The notes: a model not told the origin generated them from the letters alone. A stretch of 64,000 nucleotides of DNA from Candidatus Sumerlaeaceae bacterium (GCA_051003195.1 JBPCLP010000008.1:128001-192000); one strand, 5' to 3'. Numbered from the stretch's first letter, positions 28,082 to 38,435 are shown. Program-made: numbers and translations.

Positions 28082-28677
28082 GCTGACTGGGTGTGGAACA
28101 GTTGGCAGCCGAAGGATTTGCTCGTCCGGACTTCCGGGTTTTCGTTATGTACGAGTGATGTGATTGCCGTTCTTCCGGGGTTGGCTCCGGAATGCCCGCG
28201 CGATCCGGTGATGCCACCGCTGAACAGCAAAGAGCCTTCCGGATCGTAGAAGAAAGTTTCGCCGGACACGGATGCATGGAATTTCTGCGCCTGGGCACCG
28301 AGATGGTCGAACGTGATTGTCACACCTGGTATTTCGGAGGCGGCTTGTCGCAGGTTGTTGTTCGGCCAGTCCTCGATGATGCCTTCTGGTTCCACAAAGA
28401 TAACGCGCGTATCGAGTCGCTCCCCGCTGGCGGCAACCAGCAGTGCCAGTTCTCCGAGGGTCGCTTTGCTGCAAGGACATCTCGGATGGAGAAATGTCAA
28501 CAGGGTGGGCTTGTGCGGGTTCCGAAAATATGCCGTATCATGGGGCCAGTTACCTGCAGGTGCACTGGCTTCCTTCGCCCCAAACTCATAGCTCAACATG
28601 GCATAAGACCCTACGCACAGGCTTCCGAACCACAGGACGGCAATGATTATAATGTGTATCGGAAGTTTGAGAATCAT
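28051..28677 (-). CDS. Thioredoxin-like exported protein (RedB-like)
   Basis: N-terminal TM; PTLLTFLHPRCPCSKATL, FSGGITGSRGHSGAN and FGC motifs; overlaps the start of the downstream sensor gene. Confidence 0.7.
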   Translation of the reverse strand: MILKLPIHIIIIAVLWFGSLCVGSYAMLSYEFGAKEASAPAGNWPHDTAYFRNPHKPTLLTFLHPRCPCSKATLGELALLVAASGERLDTRVIFVEPEGIIEDWPNNNLRQAASEIPGVTITFDHLGAQAQKFHASVSGETFFYDPEGSLLFSGGITGSRGHSGANPGRTAITSLVHNENPEVRTSKSFGCQLFHTQSACCQTSCPLQ

Positions 28678-29066
28678 GAGTTTACGTAAATGTGCAGGCA
28701 TAAATGTACGGGGCCCTACCCCAATGCACCTCACACATGGTCATGTTTATATCGAAATGTCGACTACAAAAACATCTTTCCATCTGCACGTGACAATCAG
28801 CCGGGACGCGCGTCAGGCTAACGACTTTGCCCGTGCTGTTGAGAGTATGAATTAAACTGAGGCGCGAGAGTCCGGTTTCCGGACACTTTTTGTTTGACCG
28901 AGCTTCGGCAGGCCCATAGTTCAAAGCGGAAAGTGTCATGAACTCGCCCGGAGCAGGGGCGAGGTCAGCGGCTGATCCGGTTATCACAAGCGGTTTGGTC
29001 GGTAACAGCACCGCAGACTCAGAGACCCATGGTGTTGTCCTCGCAGAAGGAGGGGTTGAAGCGTCC

Positions 29067-29999
29067 ATGACAAGTGGTTGTAATTGGATAAGGGCATGCG
29101 CCGTTAGCGTTTATACGCTGACAGTGGTCGCGTCGTCTTCTGCCGGCCCTGGAAAGTCCCCTGCCCCAGCCACCCCTCCCGAGTTGAACATTCGGATCGT
29201 GGGTACGGCAAGCTTCCAGGGAAAACAGACTGCGCTTGTTGAAGACCTGAACACCCGCTCGGACTCCTTTTACACGGTCGGTGATCCGATCTATGGTTAC
29301 AAGATCACAGCCATTGGCGCGGATGGTATCCACCTTGAGAAAGCCGGGCAAAAGAACTTTGTAGCGTTTGAACCGACGACGGTTCGCGCGGGAATCGGCG
29401 AAGCGCGGGGGCAGGTCGTGGTCGCAAACACTTATCTGCCGGCCGACGGAATCCCTGGCTCCACGTTGCCCAACTGCTATATTGACGCAGGAAAAACGAC
29501 TGCCGGCAAAACGCCGTGGGATTTGGCAACAGCCACAGTGGCGACGCGGGCAGGCAAGCTTCCGTCGATGGCCGGCAACGTGGTCGCGTCCGCCGCGTCC
29601 GGATTGTTCAGCCTGCCGCTGGCGAACTTCAAACGGCTGAGCAGCAGCTTTGGATATAGGAAGCACCCGATCGGCGGCGGATCGAAAATGCACAAGGGGC
29701 TGGATCTGTCGGCTAATCGCGGCACGCGGATAATGGCCGCGGATAATGGCACGATCACCTGGTCGGGGTGGAAGGGTGGCTATGGGTACTGCATCATCGT
29801 GGACCACCAGAACGGTTACGAGACGCTGTACGGACACTGCTCGAAGCTCATTGGCGATGTCGGGGATAACGTACGCCGAAACGATCTGATTGCTGAGGTT
29901 GGTTCGACGGGCGCGTCGACCGGAAATCACCTGCATTTTGAGGTGCATAAAAACGGCGTAGCTGTGGACCCGGAACCGTACCTGGCAAAATATTTGTAG
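29067..29999 (+). CDS. M23 family metallopeptidase with N-terminal GspC-like beta domain
   Basis: AAGGAGG RBS; signal peptide; SSSFGYRKHP, HKGLD, YGH and STGNHLHFEV motifs. Confidence 0.9.
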   Translation: MTSGCNWIRACAVSVYTLTVVASSSAGPGKSPAPATPPELNIRIVGTASFQGKQTALVEDLNTRSDSFYTVGDPIYGYKITAIGADGIHLEKAGQKNFVAFEPTTVRAGIGEARGQVVVANTYLPADGIPGSTLPNCYIDAGKTTAGKTPWDLATATVATRAGKLPSMAGNVVASAASGLFSLPLANFKRLSSSFGYRKHPIGGGSKMHKGLDLSANRGTRIMAADNGTITWSGWKGGYGYCIIVDHQNGYETLYGHCSKLIGDVGDNVRRNDLIAEVGSTGASTGNHLHFEVHKNGVAVDPEPYLAKYL

Positions 30000-30249
30000 G
30001 TACAATGGGGTGGCAGGTGTCGGATCGAAGTTGAAGTTGTCGGCCCGACGAATCCGGACAGTCGTTAACACGCCAGGCGTCGGCCCAGGCTAAAGCGTGT
30101 ACTCCGAGCATACTTCCAGGGTTAAGCTTCATACGCATCAGCAGCCTGGAAAGTACTGTACCGGCGCAGGGTGCGCCGTACGTTCTTGACCGGTCCCATT
30201 TCGTATCGCTGTGCATCAAGGAGTTGTTTAACTATAGGAGGCTTCCTGC

Positions 30250-31230
30250 ATGAAGCGGATATTCTTGTGTTCGATCACCCTGGCTGTGGCTGCGATTGTT
30301 TCAACGGCCTCCGCCCAGGATAAAAAGCCAACCATTGCAGTCATCCCGAAGGGAACGACGCACGAGTTCTGGAAGTCGGTACACGCGGGCGCGGTGAAGG
30401 CCTCGCAGGAACTTAACGTGGAGATTATCTGGAAGGGCCCGTTGAAAGAAGACGACCGGGAGGCACAGATCTCTGTCGTGGAAGACTTTATCAATCGCGG
30501 AGTGCAGGGAATCTGTCTGGCGCCGCTGGATGACGCCGCACTGCGGCCGGCCGTGCATAGCGCCGTGAGCGCCAAAATCCCGGTGGTGATCTTCGACTCG
30601 GACCTTAAGGGCGGCGAGTACGTAAGCTTTGTCGCAACCGACAACTTTAAGGGCGGACAGTTGGCAGGCGAGCAGTTGGCAAAGGCGATTGGCGGCAAAG
30701 GTAAAGTGGTGATGCTGCGCTATGCGGAGGGGTCAGCCAGCACAGGCAACCGTGAAAAGGGATTTCTGGATGCCATCAAAAAGTATCCTGATATTGAGGT
30801 GGTAAGCGAAAACCAGTACGGTGGGGCGACAACTGAGAGTGCGCAGAAGGCCAGTGAGAACCTGCTTGCTCCACTGAAGAGTGGCGATAACCTGAAAATC
30901 GACGGCATTTTTACATGTAATGAATCGACCACGTTCGGTATGCTCCGCACTTTGCAGGACGCCGGCCTGGCAGGCAATGTGAAGTTCGTGGGCTTTGATG
31001 CTTCCGCCAAACTGGTAGAAGCGCTCAAGAAGGGCGAGATCAATGGGCTGGTTTTGCAGAACCCGTTCAAAATGGGCTATACGTCCGTGAAAACGATAGC
31101 CGAGTCGCTAAAGGGCCAGAAGGTCGAGAAGCGCATCGACACGGGTGCCACCATGGTCACTAAAGAGAACATGGATCAGCCAGAGATAAAAGAGCTGATT
31201 CAGCCGGACCTGGAGAAGTGGCTGAAGTAA
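30250..31230 (+). CDS. Sugar ABC transporter substrate-binding protein (RbsB-like)
   Basis: AGGAGG RBS; signal peptide; IAVIPKG...FW, VATDN..GG, FVGFD and QNPFKMGY motifs. Confidence 0.92.
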   Translation: MKRIFLCSITLAVAAIVSTASAQDKKPTIAVIPKGTTHEFWKSVHAGAVKASQELNVEIIWKGPLKEDDREAQISVVEDFINRGVQGICLAPLDDAALRPAVHSAVSAKIPVVIFDSDLKGGEYVSFVATDNFKGGQLAGEQLAKAIGGKGKVVMLRYAEGSASTGNREKGFLDAIKKYPDIEVVSENQYGGATTESAQKASENLLAPLKSGDNLKIDGIFTCNESTTFGMLRTLQDAGLAGNVKFVGFDASAKLVEALKKGEINGLVLQNPFKMGYTSVKTIAESLKGQKVEKRIDTGATMVTKENMDQPEIKELIQPDLEKWLK

Positions 31231-31273
31231 AGTGCCGACTCCGAGTTTTTAATCGGGCAGTGTTCTGGTTGGA

Positions 31274-33526
31274 TTAGACTACCCACATTCGGGTTTCAAA
31301 ATCCGCCTGCGGGATCTGAACCTGGAGGGGAGCACGCACGGGACACCGCTCGACCTCGCGTCCATCGACGTGCACGCCAACGTAGAAGTATAGCTCGTCG
31401 CCTGCTACCAGCCCGAGATCCGTAAATGGGATCGCAGCTTCTACGATAGACCCGGCACCGATCTGGCCGTTAAAAGGCATGTTCGTTCGTGTTCCATCTG
31501 AGAGTTCCTGGACCAGCATCTCCGGAAACTTTTCGAGCATGCAGCTCGGCGGTCTGCGGAGGTTGGACTGTACCGGGATGGAAAGCTGCCAGGTTGCAGG
31601 CATAATCACATTAATGCGCAGGTGAACTTTCTCGTTCTCGTGCTCCTGGATGAGCAGTTGTTTCGCATCCACGCGAAAAAAGAGTGTGTCGCTGTTGAAA
31701 GCAAAGTAGATGCGGTCGATCAGATGCTGCGCCTGGTGCATTGCGCCGCCGCCCATGGCAGGATCGTACCGGCCTGCGGCGAACCATTCGAAGAAGCTGG
31801 TGTCGCGCCCGTCGATGGTTGGATTAAGAAATGCTCGCGGAAGCAGAACATGCGTGGCGGTCGACTGCCGAACTTTAATCGGTATAAGAAGAAACGCGGG
31901 GGGTTGAAGCCCGACGGACTGGCAGGCAGCCATCAGGTGGTCGCGATAAAGCTGATCAAACTCTTCGTCCATACCCGATGAATGGTCTTCGCCGTACCAC
32001 CAGTTCCAGTCGCTTCCCTCAGCGATGTAGATTTCTTTCCAGGCCGCGTCGATCTGCTCCCTGCTCAATTCTGAGCCATGCATTTCAATGTGATGTTCGA
32101 CCAGTTCACGCACTTCGTGCAGGTAGTCCCAGCTCTGGTTGTCTTCCTTGTGGCCGATCCAGATGCCGAAGTCGTGATTGATCCAGCTCCCCGCGTGCAG
32201 GCGCGGCAGTGTGCGCTGCGGTGGATAGTGCTCCAGGTAATCGCAAATGCGCGTGGTCCGCACGTACTGTGAATGCGACAGGTAGGAGTAAAGCTTGCGC
32301 AGAAAGGGCAGGCCGTCGTCCGCGTAATGTTCCCAGCAATTTTCCCCATCCAGGATAATCGAAACAAGCAGCGGGCGCTCCGGGTCGCCGTGCGCGCGCC
32401 CAATTTCTTCCAGTCGGCTCAGCAAATCCTGAGCTGCATCTTCTGCCGGCCAGCCGCCATATTGAAAGCCGATGAGATCACTTAGATAGTGGTCGCGAAA
32501 CAGAACGGCAATCTTGTTGCCCTCATGTTCAGCCCAGTATGGTTGGTACAATAACTCTCGATTTTGCACGGTGCCGGAAACGCTGCGTAAAACGACTTCG
32601 CCCACGGACGCGCACAGAATCTCTTCGTCCGTAGCGATCCATTGGAGTCCCTGGCGCTTGAGCATGGGCAGAAGCTCCGGCGCGACACTGCCCTCGCTGG
32701 GCCAGAGTCCGCATGGACGGCGCCCAAATGTTTTCTCGTGAAATTCGACTGCATTACGCAGCTGCGATTCTGCGTCTTCGGGATGCTGGAAACGCTGCCG
32801 TGGCAGATGCGTTGACGGGCGAGCAATCGAGGCTAGGTTAGTGTCGACCAGTAGCGGCATGATCGGGTGATAAAAAGGAGTGCAGCTCAATTCGATCTGC
32901 TCCCTTGCTTCTGCCTCGCGATACGCTGGTACAATTCTCCCGCACAGCCGGCGATGCGCCTGTAACACCACCTCTTTGTCGTCGTCGGTAAAGTCGCGGT
33001 CTTTTGCGATCAGGTCGCGCAAGGCGGAATCGTGCTCGCGATGGAGCGGATCGATCCACGTAAGATTGTACCACACCTGCAAATCGCGAAAGTCCGCTTC
33101 TGTAAAATAATGCAGCGCGCGGTTAAATTCCGCGTCTGATTTGGCCCAGCCACGCTTATCGTAAAGTTCCTGATAACGGGGGTAGGGGCGAATCATTGTT
33201 TCCGGGTGCGCATGAAAGAATTTTTGCAGGATGAACAGCCGCTCGGTCTCGTTGAGAGCAGCTGCAGGGCGGCGGCTCAAATCCCACACCAGGTCCGTCG
33301 CTCCATTGACGGCAAAGTCCTGTATCTGTTCAACCAGGGACGGCACGAGATTAAAGTTCATCCGGATGTCGGGGAATTCTTTAAGCAGCTCCACCATATC
33401 GAGGTAGTCTTTGACGCCGTGCAGGCGCACCCAGGGCATCAGATATTTGCCGGAGCGACGATCTTTGTAATACGGCTGGTGCATGTGCCACAGCACAGCG
33501 ACATGAACTGGATGTGAGTTAGACAT
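31274..33526 (-). CDS. Glycoside hydrolase family 57 (amylopullulanase-like)
   Basis: WHMHQPYY, HPIMPL, GLWPSEG, ILDGENCWE and AEGSDWNWW conserved regions. Confidence 0.93.
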   Translation of the reverse strand: MSNSHPVHVAVLWHMHQPYYKDRRSGKYLMPWVRLHGVKDYLDMVELLKEFPDIRMNFNLVPSLVEQIQDFAVNGATDLVWDLSRRPAAALNETERLFILQKFFHAHPETMIRPYPRYQELYDKRGWAKSDAEFNRALHYFTEADFRDLQVWYNLTWIDPLHREHDSALRDLIAKDRDFTDDDKEVVLQAHRRLCGRIVPAYREAEAREQIELSCTPFYHPIMPLLVDTNLASIARPSTHLPRQRFQHPEDAESQLRNAVEFHEKTFGRRPCGLWPSEGSVAPELLPMLKRQGLQWIATDEEILCASVGEVVLRSVSGTVQNRELLYQPYWAEHEGNKIAVLFRDHYLSDLIGFQYGGWPAEDAAQDLLSRLEEIGRAHGDPERPLLVSIILDGENCWEHYADDGLPFLRKLYSYLSHSQYVRTTRICDYLEHYPPQRTLPRLHAGSWINHDFGIWIGHKEDNQSWDYLHEVRELVEHHIEMHGSELSREQIDAAWKEIYIAEGSDWNWWYGEDHSSGMDEEFDQLYRDHLMAACQSVGLQPPAFLLIPIKVRQSTATHVLLPRAFLNPTIDGRDTSFFEWFAAGRYDPAMGGGAMHQAQHLIDRIYFAFNSDTLFFRVDAKQLLIQEHENEKVHLRINVIMPATWQLSIPVQSNLRRPPSCMLEKFPEMLVQELSDGTRTNMPFNGQIGAGSIVEAAIPFTDLGLVAGDELYFYVGVHVDGREVERCPVRAPLQVQIPQADFETRMWVV

Positions 33527-33666
33527 GGGTTGTTCCAATGACACAGCACGATTTACGCACGTCAATGCGAACACGCATGCTGTCCATTTCGCGGTTGGAA
33601 CTTGGTTATTGATCGTGTCCGATTGAGATCAAGCATCGCGCGAAGATTCCAGCGGGAGGGGTTGGC

Positions 33667-35010
33667 TTGAGGCGTTTATATCAAATTTTGCTGATGATCA
33701 GTGTGCTGTTCGGGGGTGTGGCTAGTGCGCAGGATCCCGCATCGACGACTGCGACAGCCACTTCCGACGTAATCGACACTTCCACGGATTATCTAAGCGA
33801 TGAGGGGTGGCGCAGGCTGCCGCGCGAGGCTCGCCGAGCACGGTCACGCGCGCAAATGCTCGCCCGATTTGAACCGTCGGGGATACCGTCTGCTGAAAAA
33901 CTGGATACTTATATCGAACGGTTCCGACAGATTAACATCTACGACCCCCGACTTGCTACGTTTAAGGTGCGGGCGGACCGGGTCCCAGGCACTACGGGTA
34001 CGGTGAAGCTGGAAGGAGAAGTATCAGTCGGGCGATACAAAAGCGGAATCGAAAGCGCGCTGCAAAATCTCAATTTTACCGTGGCTGAAAACCGGATTGC
34101 CGTGCTGCCAGCCGAAGAACTCGGCGCGGATATTTATGGCTTGTCCACCACCGCAGCGGCGACCATGCGTAAGGAGCCTCGAGACCGAAGTGAACAGGTG
34201 AACAGTGTGCCACTCGGCGGCATGGTTCGACTGCTTCGCGTCGGTCGACAGGATGACTTAACTACCGCGAACGCGGGATGGCGCGGCGGGGGAACGCGCA
34301 GTAGACACGGCGAAGCAGGACAGGGTGAAAATTCCGCACCGACGGCGCTGGAGGCTGGCGACTGGTACCTCGCACAAACAAGCGAAGGTTATCTTGGCTT
34401 TATGCGGTCCGATGAAATCTGGCGGACAAATCAGTATCGTCTGGCAGATGGGGTGCTTACCAGACCGACAACCGTAACTGTCGAAGATGAAACGATGGTG
34501 TTGCCGGTCGGAACGCTGTTATGCTCGACTTCAACCGGGTACGCGCTGGGACCGCGAGGAAAGCGGATTATGGTTGAACATTCCATGGCGGGATTTGGCC
34601 GGCCGGTCTTCACTTCACAGCAGGTTCTTGATCTGATGAAGCCGCTGATGGGGGTACGGTACGTCTGGGGCGGAGTGACGGACAGGGGAATCGATTGCTC
34701 CGGGTTCACCCAGTTTCTGTGGAAAACCAAAGGCATTAACCTCCCGCGCGATGCAGAAGAACAGGCGACCGTCGGGCAGATTGTGGCCTGGGGCAAGGAT
34801 GTGGAAAAAGCTGCCCAACCGGGTGACCTGATCTTTTTCATGAATGAAAGTGGCCGGGTCAATCACGTGGCGGTTTCCCTGAGCGGCAAGAGTATCATCC
34901 ATTCTTCGGGGCAGGATGTCCACCTTTCGGACCTCGATGAGAAAAAGGAAGATATGGATGCGTCCATGCTCGACCGCATACTCTATGCGCGACGGGTGCA
35001 GGGGCGTTGA
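33667..35010 (+). CDS. Secreted NlpC/P60 (C40) peptidase with SH3-like domain
   Basis: Signal peptide; YVWGG...GIDCSGF, LPRDA..Q, PGDLIFF, HVA and IIHS motifs. Confidence 0.88.
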   Translation: MRRLYQILLMISVLFGGVASAQDPASTTATATSDVIDTSTDYLSDEGWRRLPREARRARSRAQMLARFEPSGIPSAEKLDTYIERFRQINIYDPRLATFKVRADRVPGTTGTVKLEGEVSVGRYKSGIESALQNLNFTVAENRIAVLPAEELGADIYGLSTTAAATMRKEPRDRSEQVNSVPLGGMVRLLRVGRQDDLTTANAGWRGGGTRSRHGEAGQGENSAPTALEAGDWYLAQTSEGYLGFMRSDEIWRTNQYRLADGVLTRPTTVTVEDETMVLPVGTLLCSTSTGYALGPRGKRIMVEHSMAGFGRPVFTSQQVLDLMKPLMGVRYVWGGVTDRGIDCSGFTQFLWKTKGINLPRDAEEQATVGQIVAWGKDVEKAAQPGDLIFFMNESGRVNHVAVSLSGKSIIHSSGQDVHLSDLDEKKEDMDASMLDRILYARRVQGR

Positions 35011-35145
35011 AGGCATGGTGTGGTATACCCGCACGCCCATGCGCCGGCTTAAATCTGCTTAAATCCATTTACCGGTTATCCGGAGATGTACTGACTATCG
35101 GTTTGACACAGGTTTACTGTGAGAGAGACTGGCCGTCCCACGTTA

Positions 35146-35247
35146 CCAGTGTGCCGAATCAGTAGTTCCTTACGCAGACCAAAGGGCAGACTTGACCTCG
35201 ATTCGGCACACAGAACAGATTACGAACTAACGGCAGACCCACACTAG
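35146..35247 (+). repeat. ~100-bp dispersed hairpin element, copy 5
   Basis: CCAG-TGTGCCGAATC...GATTCGGCACAC-AGAACAGATTACGAACTAACGGCAGACCCACA-CTAG. Confidence 0.92.
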
Positions 35248-35269
35248 AGAGAGAAGTTCCTTAGCCCAG

Positions 35270-36412
35270 ATGATTGCATTTCAAAATGTTAGAGCGTCCC
35301 ACGAGAGTTTCCTCAAAGAATACTTCCGAGACCTGCAGAAGATCTTCCAGTCAGAATCGCCGGACTTTATCGGCAATTCGAAGTCGAAAACGCTGGGCGA
35401 ATTTGAGCACGCAATGGCGGAGTACCTCGGCGTGAAGCACGCACTTGGGCTCAACAGCGGAACCGACGCGCTGCTTCTGGCACTGGATGCGCTGGGTGTA
35501 GGTGAGGGCGATGAAGTAATCATGCCCGCCTTCGGTTTTATAGCCACTGCCGATGTCGTGGTCCGCCTGAAGGCAAAGCCTGTGTTTGTCGACATCCAGC
35601 TCGAGACATTTAACATCGACCCCACGCTGATCGAAGGTGCCATCACAGAGCGCACCAAGGCCATTATTCCAGTTCACCTGTTTGGGCAGGCGGCCGCTAT
35701 GACGGCGATCATGGAAATCGCGGAGCGTCATAATCTTGCACTGATCGAAGATGTGGCACAGGCGTGCGGTGCAGAGATCGCGGGCAAAAAACTCGGCGCT
35801 ATTGGTACGTTTGGAGCCTTCAGCTTTTACCCCACCAAGAACCTGGGCGGCGCCGGTGACGGTGGGCTGATCGCAACGAATGACGACGAACTGGCCTACA
35901 AGATTCGACTGTTCCGTGACCATGGCCGGGGAGAGCGCGGTTTTGAGACGATCGGTTACAACAGCCGCCTCGATCCCATCCAGGCGCTCTACCTGCGCTA
36001 CAAGTTGGAGGAGCTGGATGACAGCGTGCTCGAGCGCGTTGCGAACGCGCGGCTTTATAACCAGTTGTTCGCAGAGACCGAAGTCATTGTGCCTGGTATT
36101 CCAGATGGGGAAGACATGCGGCACACGTTTAACCTCTACACGATTCGCATTCGCGACCGTGAGCGGGCCCAACGATTCCTGAATGAGAAGGAAATCTCCA
36201 CAGCGATTTACTACGATGTCGTGATGCCGTATACGCCTGCTCTGCGGTTCCTGGGGCATCGCGAAGGCGAATTCCCGAATTCGGAAGAAGCAGCGCGCAC
36301 GGTCATCAGCCTGCCGGTCTGGCCGGGACTCAGCCGTCAGCAGATCAAATCCGTGGCTACCGCGGTCACACAGTTTCTCGAGAACAACATCGAGCTTGGG
36401 CTGCGCCATTAG
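35270..36412 (+). CDS. DegT/DnrJ/EryC1/StrS family PLP-dependent aminotransferase
   Basis: NSGTDAL, PVHLFGQ, IEDVAQA, SFYPTKNLG..GDGG and GYNSRLD motifs. Confidence 0.95.
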   Translation: MIAFQNVRASHESFLKEYFRDLQKIFQSESPDFIGNSKSKTLGEFEHAMAEYLGVKHALGLNSGTDALLLALDALGVGEGDEVIMPAFGFIATADVVVRLKAKPVFVDIQLETFNIDPTLIEGAITERTKAIIPVHLFGQAAAMTAIMEIAERHNLALIEDVAQACGAEIAGKKLGAIGTFGAFSFYPTKNLGGAGDGGLIATNDDELAYKIRLFRDHGRGERGFETIGYNSRLDPIQALYLRYKLEELDDSVLERVANARLYNQLFAETEVIVPGIPDGEDMRHTFNLYTIRIRDRERAQRFLNEKEISTAIYYDVVMPYTPALRFLGHREGEFPNSEEAARTVISLPVWPGLSRQQIKSVATAVTQFLENNIELGLRH

Positions 36413-36427
36413 TCTGAACGCATCGCA

Positions 36428-37384
36428 GTGAGCTCCGTCGGGTCTTCTATTCTCATAGCGCTGGGCGGAAATGCCATTTCCCCGCCGGGTGAAGAAGGCA
36501 ATGTGCAGCAGCAATTTGCGCACACCGAGGAGAGCATGCAGGCGGTGGTGAGCGCGGTGGCAGGCAAGTACGACCGCGTCGTCATCACACATGGTAATGG
36601 GCCGCAGGTCGGGAACATTCTCCTGCGCAGCGAGATCGCCGCGCAAGGCGGGCTATACCCACTCCCGCTCGACACCTGCGTTTCCGCCAGCGAAGGCGGG
36701 ATGGGTTACATGATCCAGCAGGTGCTGCACAATGTGCTGCGCCAGCGGGGCCTGACGATTGGTGTGGCGAGCCTAGTGACCCAAACGGTTGTAGATGGTA
36801 AGGATCCCGCATGGGCGAACCCCACGAAGTTTATTGGACAGGGATACCCGCTGCAGGAAGCACAGGCACTCATGGCAGAGCGCGGGTGGCGAATGAAGGA
36901 GGATACATCCCGCGGTTGGAGGCGCGTTGTTCCTTCTCCTGCACCGATGGACATCATCGAGCTGCCAGCAATTCGCGCGTTACTGGATGCGGGTACGTGG
37001 GTGGTAGCTGCAGGCGGCGGCGGTATACCCGTGCTGCTCAATCCACAGGGACGGTTACTGGGAGTCGAGGCTGTTGTCGATAAAGACCTGGCGTCGGCAC
37101 TCCTGGCGCGGCTGCTTGGAATCGAATTGCTGGTAATCCTGACCGGGGTTGATGAAGTGATGCTGGATTTCGGAACCCCCAGCGAACGCACGATGCGAGA
37201 GGTCACGGCCGATGAAGCCGAACGGTATTTGCACGAAGGCCAGTTCCCGGAAGGCAGCATGGGGCCTAAGATCCAGGCCGCTGTTAACTTTGTCCGAGAG
37301 GGTGGGAAGCCGGTACTTATTACGTCGACCGAAGCTTTTGCAGCGGCCGTGCGCGGGGAAAGCGGAACGATGGTAACTGCTTAA
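36428..37384 (+). CDS. arcC: Carbamate kinase
   Basis: ALGGNA, THGNGPQVG, PTKFIG, RRVVPSP, GGGGIPV, EAVVDKD and GSMGPKI motifs. Confidence 0.95.
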   Translation: MSSVGSSILIALGGNAISPPGEEGNVQQQFAHTEESMQAVVSAVAGKYDRVVITHGNGPQVGNILLRSEIAAQGGLYPLPLDTCVSASEGGMGYMIQQVLHNVLRQRGLTIGVASLVTQTVVDGKDPAWANPTKFIGQGYPLQEAQALMAERGWRMKEDTSRGWRRVVPSPAPMDIIELPAIRALLDAGTWVVAAGGGGIPVLLNPQGRLLGVEAVVDKDLASALLARLLGIELLVILTGVDEVMLDFGTPSERTMREVTADEAERYLHEGQFPEGSMGPKIQAAVNFVREGGKPVLITSTEAFAAAVRGESGTMVTA

Positions 37385-37397
37385 GCGCCGGAATGTT

Positions 37398-38384
37398 TTA
37401 AGGCGAAAGTTGCTTCTTCTTCGCTTCCTTGTATTGACCGGTAAGTGATATATTGATGGCCACTGCGGCCTGTGCTCCTTCGGCCGCCGCGATAATTACC
37501 ATTTGCGCATTTCGCGAAGCGTCACCTGCGCAGTAGAGCCCTTCGACTTCGGTCTGCTCGCAATCTCCTGTCCATACGCAACCCTTCTCGGTAATGGTGC
37601 AGCCGAGTTTCTCGGCAAGCTTGTGTGCCAAGTGCTGGCCCGTCACAAAAAACAATGCATCGCACTCTAGAACATCTCCATTCACGAACACAATGCGCTG
37701 CAAGTGACCACCTTCGCCTTCCAGTCGCGCAATGCACTCCTGCCGGACAGCGATTCGTAAACCGTCCAGATACTGCAGGCGGCCATCGTCTATCTCACAC
37801 GGTCCATCTGTACAGAGCACCAGGTTTCGCGACCATGCGGTCAGCTCCTGTACGCTGCAGAATCCGACATCGCATTTTCCGTAAACCACGATCCGCTTGT
37901 CGCGCCATTCGTAACCGTCGCAATAGGGACAGTGGTGAACACTGATGCCATAAAACTGCTCGATTCCTGGAATCTGCGGTATTTCATCTATGACGCCCGT
38001 AGCCAGCAGCATTTTACGTGAAAGATAGTTTATGCCATCATTCATAACGGTCACAAAACAGTTTTCCGGTGTGCGAATCACATCAACAACACGGCCGTCT
38101 TTCCAGGTTACGGTGGGATAGCGGAGCAGTTCTTCGCGACACAGCCGGCTGAATTGTAGCGGCGGCATGCCCTCGCGCGAGAGGAAGCCGTGCATCGCAA
38201 GGGAGAATCGGTTGCGTGGTTCACCCGCGTCAACGACCAGAACTTTCCGACGGCAACGCGCCAGGACGAGGGCAGAACTCATGCCCGCGGGCCCACCACC
38301 GATGATGGCAACATCGTAGACATCGGGCTGACTGAGGCTGGGGAATCCAAACGCCGTTTGTGGGGCAAACTCGTCCTGGTTCAT
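37398..38384 (-). CDS. NAD(P)/FAD-dependent oxidoreductase (thioredoxin-reductase-like)
   Basis: IIGGGPAG, LLATG, HCPYCDGYE and GLYCAGD motifs. Confidence 0.92.
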   Translation of the reverse strand: MNQDEFAPQTAFGFPSLSQPDVYDVAIIGGGPAGMSSALVLARCRRKVLVVDAGEPRNRFSLAMHGFLSREGMPPLQFSRLCREELLRYPTVTWKDGRVVDVIRTPENCFVTVMNDGINYLSRKMLLATGVIDEIPQIPGIEQFYGISVHHCPYCDGYEWRDKRIVVYGKCDVGFCSVQELTAWSRNLVLCTDGPCEIDDGRLQYLDGLRIAVRQECIARLEGEGGHLQRIVFVNGDVLECDALFFVTGQHLAHKLAEKLGCTITEKGCVWTGDCEQTEVEGLYCAGDASRNAQMVIIAAAEGAQAAVAINISLTGQYKEAKKKQLSP

Positions 38385-38435
38385 AGAAGGCCCAGGTCGT
38401 GCAAGAACTGCGCCGCGCATCTACGTGCAGGCGGG

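Noticed and set aside
28860..29050. Possible riboswitch upstream of the M23 gene
   Set aside because: I could not match c-di-GMP or c-di-AMP (ydaO) riboswitch consensus elements by eye.
35351..36646. 431-aa minus-strand ORF, and similar long ORFs at 29019..30071, 27179..27991, 43983..44807 and 732..1649
   Set aside because: Antisense or alternate-frame shadows of well-supported genes in GC-rich DNA, with no recognisable motifs.
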